NCBI RefSeq assembly: GCF_006345805.1
Contig: NW_021824217.1
Span: 1-19,423, forward strand
Reading direction: 5' to 3'
DNA from: Octopus sinensis
Taxonomy: Eukaryota
DNA length: 19,423 nt
A program made the position numbers and the translations under genes. The notes under the pieces are model-generated. The model had not been told where the DNA came from. It made no database searches and saw nothing but the letters and a program-made list of their open reading frames with translations. This document shows, piece after piece, positions 8,867-19,423 of the stretch (position 1 is its first letter; each line of letters starts with the position of its first letter).

Positions 8867-11555
8867 TTAGGCACAGTCTTCATCCAATCTTTTAAGTAGC
8901 ATATCACAGTAATGAGTCACTCGATGCCTTCCACAAACTTTGACAAGTTCCGCTCTCAACAAATGCCCGTTCACATCAATCAAACTCATCAAGAGCCCTA
9001 ACATTTACTAATAATAAAATAACCACAAACAGACTCCTGAACTGCAACATCGTCCATGTGAATAAGCAAGCATCGAAATATAAACTCAAAATAACTCTCA
9101 CGCTTGTTTGCCAGACCAAAATGACGAATGCAATCGAAATACGAATAAAAAGCTTCCAAAACTTCAAGTCGAATATTGTCGTCACTGTCGTCCATTCGTT
9201 TAAGCAAATTTTCACTGAAGGCAAACAACTTTTCCTCGATGTCAAAATCACAGTTGTTTGTCGGAATTTTTGAAAATATCAACATCAAACTGCTACATAT
9301 TCTGACAGAGAAAAGACGACTCATCGAGTTACTGTCCTCCAAACAAGACGTCAGTGAATTTAAAAGACCAAAGTAAATGTTAGGGGAGAACTCTGCAGAA
9401 ATATTTCGTTGTATGATTTGTTGACTCATCACAGTCCAAAGACAGGCCAAAGCAGCAATTCTCACTGCTGATGCAGAACGACCAGCCTTCCATACTATAT
9501 TGGGAGCAATCAGTCGACCAATAACCCACTCAATTCTACAGATGACCGCCAATCACTTACTCCTCCGAATTAATTATCGTATCGATTTCTTCCAATTGAA
9601 TTACTTTCAAAACAAATCTTGAAAATAAAGATAATATTCGTAATCGAAGGTTTGGGTCACATTCAGTGCTTAAATTTTGTTCAAAATAGGGCCTCGCAAG
9701 ACTCCAAGACGAGACTGTGACTAAAAATAAAATTTAATATAATAGAGACTCGATTCAGAAACAAGACAGTCAAAGAATTTTCCTTCAGGAGAAAAAACCG
9801 TCCACTGAGCATTTGAACCCAACGAGCCAAATAATTGTATAGAGAATTTGTTAACAAGATCTTTAACTGAACCCAGACCTTCCGCCTCTGCCATTTTCTC
9901 CCAAAATAGTTTAATCTCTAATCCCAGTTCTCGATCCTCGGTAATGGAATATATGTACAAACTTCCTTTAAGAACTTCAAAAGTATATTTATAAAAATCA
10001 TCCCCTAAAATATTCCACAATGATACATAACACTCAAACAACGCCCTTTGAGTTAGAGCCTAGGAGTAATAAAATTCCAATACAATTTCAGAGTGGCAGA
10101 CATCATTAAAGGAATTTAATATATTCGGCGCTAACTTATGTAAGAATTTTTCAAATACGTCTTGTGGAATTCCTTTAATCAAGGCACTTAGTACAAAAAG
10201 AGTGCTCTGCGTCAGAATAGGAGACGATAAATTTTTTGAAAGATGACCCAAACATATATCGACTGACAAATCAGGAGATATAAAAAAGCCAGCTATATTG
10301 GCTGCTTTCTGTTAACTAGAATCGAGAGAAATACTTTATAGGAGAGTGTCTGTTCACTGTCAGCTGATATTTTAATGATAATTTGAATAATCAGCTCGGT
10401 ATGTTGAGTCATGTATTCACCAGCATTGATCAGGAGGTAGGGGAGAAGGTCAGCTGCTTTAGAGCGAGTGGAGACAAGCCAGTCTGAAAGATCAGCCATA
10501 AGAGCAAGCAGAATACGCCCAATATTCCTTTTCACAAGCTCACAACAACCCAAATTACATATTTCGTCTAGGATTAGAAACAAAAGATAAAACAAGTAGT
10601 ATCTCCTATCCTAAGGGGCTCACTGCTGTAGGAATATTCCATAAAATCCATTTTATCCTTCAAATCCTCTTCATTTTCTTTCATAAATTTAATTCCCGCA
10701 TCATTCCACAGTGACATCCCCACATTAACAATTGAAGGCTGTCTATCACTGAGGGAGGTAAGAAGAAGAGGAATTAGATTATGGAAGTAGGAGTATCTGT
10801 CAGGCAATTCGATAAGCCACATTCCAACGACACGTGTTGCAGCCTCCCGGACTGTGTGGTTGGGATCAAAGAATCGTTGGGCCAAATGCGGCAATGCCTC
10901 AGTCAATAATTTTCCATTTCCTCTCAAAAGCAGCACGCCTTTGAACATAACACAAAACAAAACCAATTGTCTCCACAATCGTCTTACGTAATTTGGAGTG
11001 CTGATGAACGACGGAGACCAAGAGAGATTTGAGGATAGCCTCAGTCTGGCTATAAATGTGACCTATCTCGGCAAGACGCACTACACAAGAACAAGCCACG
11101 TGTCTGATGGCCGGAAAGGGATCAGTAAGGAATGCGAGCGTAATTTTCCCAACATCTTCAAAAAATGTCATTTCTGGTACAATGAATGAAAGAACGAGTT
11201 GTGCTGCTTGTAGTCTAACTTCTTCGGAGTCTTCAATAAGTGGTTGTTGCGTGTATCTTTGGTGGAAAACTGGGACTATGTATTGCAGAGCTGTTTTCTG
11301 AGCAGAGATGAGAGGGAGGTAGCTGGAGAGAAGAGAAAGAGCCAGTTCTCTGCAGGATTCTACCGGGTCGGATACTATTCTTAGTAGGGGAGTGATTATG
11401 TCGCTAAAAAAGAGTTTCTCAAATTCCTCTCTGTTCATTGCCTTATCGATTGCTTCATGTTGAATACCCAGTAGTGCTTTTTTTCTAATCATTTTGTTTT
11501 CCTCACCCAAACAGTTAATGTGTCGGGCTATTGGCTGGTATATCATGTTTTTCAT
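8867..11555 (-). CDS. DNAAF5: Dynein axonemal assembly factor 5 (HEATR2), HEAT-repeat protein, about 835 aa, 8 exons
   Basis: Exons 11555-10964, 10938-10594, 10567-10335, 10308-10084, 10059-9750, 9720-9561, 9535-9024 and 8997-8867 sum to 2508 nt in frame. Motifs match recalled DNAAF5: DRYSYFHNLIPLLLTSLSD, KENEEDLKDKMDF, LGCCELVKRN, DLSDWLVSTRSKAADLLP, LIAPNIVWKAGRSASAVRIAA, LLKRMDD, LLIHMDD, RHRVTHYCDMLL. A possible extra 5' exon lies at 11625-11584. Confidence 0.95.
8998..10963 (-). other. Seven GT-AG microintrons of DNAAF5
   Basis: 10939-10963 (25 nt), 10568-10593 (26), 10309-10334 (26), 10060-10083 (24), 9721-9749 (29), 9536-9560 (25), 8998-9023 (26). Each restores the reading frame and the homology. 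Confidence 0.9.
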
Positions 11556-12520
11556 AATCAACTTGAATGTTGTTGGATACTACTCTATTATTTCTAGGAA
11601 TAAATGATATATTATTATCTTTCATGATTAAATATAATAATTAACAGAATAATTTGTCCTTAAGACAATTCTGCTATTTGTTGTGATATCTACATTTGGC
11701 AATCTTAGACAAGAAGGCGTCACGTGTTTCACGTAAATGGTCCACTTACAACCAATCCAAAAACTAATTTAATTTTAAATTAACCTGCTTTTCTGGCATG
11801 TTATTAAGTCAGAAGTTCGGCGGAGAATTTCAGAAAATTATGTCACAAACAGGGGGCTTTTTCCAAAAGGATGAAAAGATACGGGAAAATTTCGTTTCCG
11901 CGGTTAACAAGAAGGGGAAAAAATCACGTATCATATATTACTCTTTTCATGATGTCATTGAGCAATGAATGCCAGAGAAACCCCTTTTTTGTCGTATTTT
12001 CAAATTTGTAAACGTTCATTCATTTTAAGTATTTGAAAATATCGTTAAGTAACATAATTAATATTTCTCGCTACTAAGTGTTTCACCGATTTCTGAAATT
12101 CTACAAACTAGAGCTAGAATTACACAAATGTTCTCATGACTCTTTGAAAAACCGTGTTTTGGATATCTACGACCTGATTGTCCAAAAGAGTGATTTGGCC
12201 TTTTCCCTTCATTTCAAAAATTAGTATTCCGATTTAAAGAGACTTTATTGTTTTTGTATAATAATCTGTTCCACATACAGTAGCAATCTATAAAATTTAC
12301 TAATGTTCTGCCAGGAAATTTTCTAAAGAAAAATAAATTCATCTCCTTTCAGAAACTGATGAATTGCATTTCAAGAGGTTTTACTCATCCAAAACCGTCC
12401 ACCCTGACAATAGACATCTAACAATTATCTGATTTTCCCCCATACGAGCAGATTTATTTCATTTAATCGTTCAGCCTCCTATAAAATAATAATTCACGTT
12501 AAAACAATTACGTTAGCCTA

Positions 12521-13300
12521 ATGGCCCAAATGAGGATGTTTATTAAAACTGATACAGAGTACAATCCACTAAAATCCGTTCTTGAAGGTCAAGACGTAAA
12601 TATTTCAAAAGTTAAAAATTTCCGGGTAAGAAAGAAAGCTGAAAATTTCATTCTTATTCACGGAAAGCCATATCTGCGAAATAATAATCGACTTCACAAG
12701 CTTTTCATAGCTTTAACAAGCACAGAAGAAATGAAAATCATTGCTTAAGAAATTCACGAAACAAATCATTGTGGGCATAATGCTCTGGATGCACTTTGCA
12801 GAAGGAGATTTTTTGTAATCAAGCGAAACATCATTCGTCAAGTCGTAACTGAGTGCAATATATGCAAGTTTGCTGTGCAGTATGACGATTCGAGCCATAT
12901 TGTCGCTGATTTACCTGATGAAAGGTTTCAATTCGATTTAATTAATCTTAAAAGTTTTAAAGTTTATTGGTTATTATTGTAGATTTAAGAATCAAAATGA
13001 TCATTTTTCTTGATTAATTTCTGTAGTCGAAATATGCATTCACTAGGAACATTCTGAACAAAAGTGGAAGAGAAGTGGCCGACAAATTAGAAGAAATTTT
13101 TGTGAATTTAACATTGGAAATAAAGTATCAACAACTCCACACATTGACTGGAATCTACTAGCAAAAAGAAATTTCAAAGGAAAATTTATATTCGAGATAT
13201 AAATCCACCCCAATCCGCTACTCTATTAACATGGAAATTATTTGACTTGAACGCGAACACGCAGTTTAACAAATAATGGAAGAATACTTCTACTGCAGCG
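12521..13300 (+). pseudogene. Degenerate retroviral-type integrase gene (Ginger-like or gypsy-derived)
   Basis: After the TAA at 12746-12748 the frame continues EIHETNHCGHNALDALCRRRFFVIKRNIIRQVVTECNICK (HHCC). It is followed by IVADLPDERFQFDLINL, NQNDHFS*LISVVEI and NKSGREVADKLEEIF (start of the rve core). No TIR, LTR or RT found. The end is approximate. Confidence 0.8.
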
Positions 13301-13507
13301 AAGGCAACAGATTTTAGAAGAGAACAAGTAAATTTCTCTAAGAACTTTATATTAAAATTTCTGATATTTTTAATAATTTTAAATAAACTATTAAAAAATA
13401 GGACGACTAATGAATATTCCATGTCCCATTTACATAATCAGCGAAGTGAATGATATTAAAGTTTCTTAAAAAAATCAGTTAATTAATCGTATAGTTTAAA
13501 TCATAGA

Positions 13508-19423
<5,916 letters not shown>

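Noticed and set aside
8686-11301. ORFs 8686-8907, 8976-9251, 9058-9273, 9176-9376, 10998-11189, 11107-11301
   Set aside because: They overlap DNAAF5 exons or its 3' end in other frames or strands, with no recognisable domains.
11640-12320. RFX X-box upstream of the ciliary gene DNAAF5
   Set aside because: Only imperfect half-sites were found (TGGCAAT, TGCCAGGAAAT), with no convincing full motif.
12080-12500. Minus-strand frames with an intron-like gtgtaattctagctctagtttgtag, as a decayed gene
   Set aside because: All frames have many stops, with no recognisable homology or consistent model.
13186-13422. 78-aa minus-strand ORF
   Set aside because: It is AT-rich low-complexity sequence, partly antisense to the integrase remnant, with no domain.

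Overview
Eukaryotic (animal) nuclear DNA, not prokaryotic. The right half holds two minus-strand genes broken by tiny GT-AG introns. The first is a complete DNAAF5/HEATR2 dynein assembly factor (8867-11555, about 835 aa, 7 introns of 24-29 nt). The second is a non-muscle-type myosin II heavy chain (13508 to past 19423, 1787 codons in the window, 22 introns of 23-28 nt). Standard genetic code, metazoan-type myosin II, a motile-cilia gene and ~25-nt introns together point to a dicyemid mesozoan (inference). The left ~8.4 kb is almost all decayed transposon DNA. A Tc1 element (101-4675, TA target duplication, IR/DR ends) appears to sit in a CRE-like LINE remnant. It carries a CGGBP1-type hAT (778-2606) in its transposase and a TGT..ACA, 5-bp-TSD, integrase-derived Ginger-like element (3361-4609) in its right TIR. 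An orphan hAT end and two LINE fragments follow. A second integrase remnant lies between the two genes. The most interesting signals are the microintrons with very degenerate splice sites, traces of host-size introns inside the Tc1 transposase and both integrase genes, and two myosin tail introns whose retention would give alternative proteins. All gene models and alignments were read by eye.
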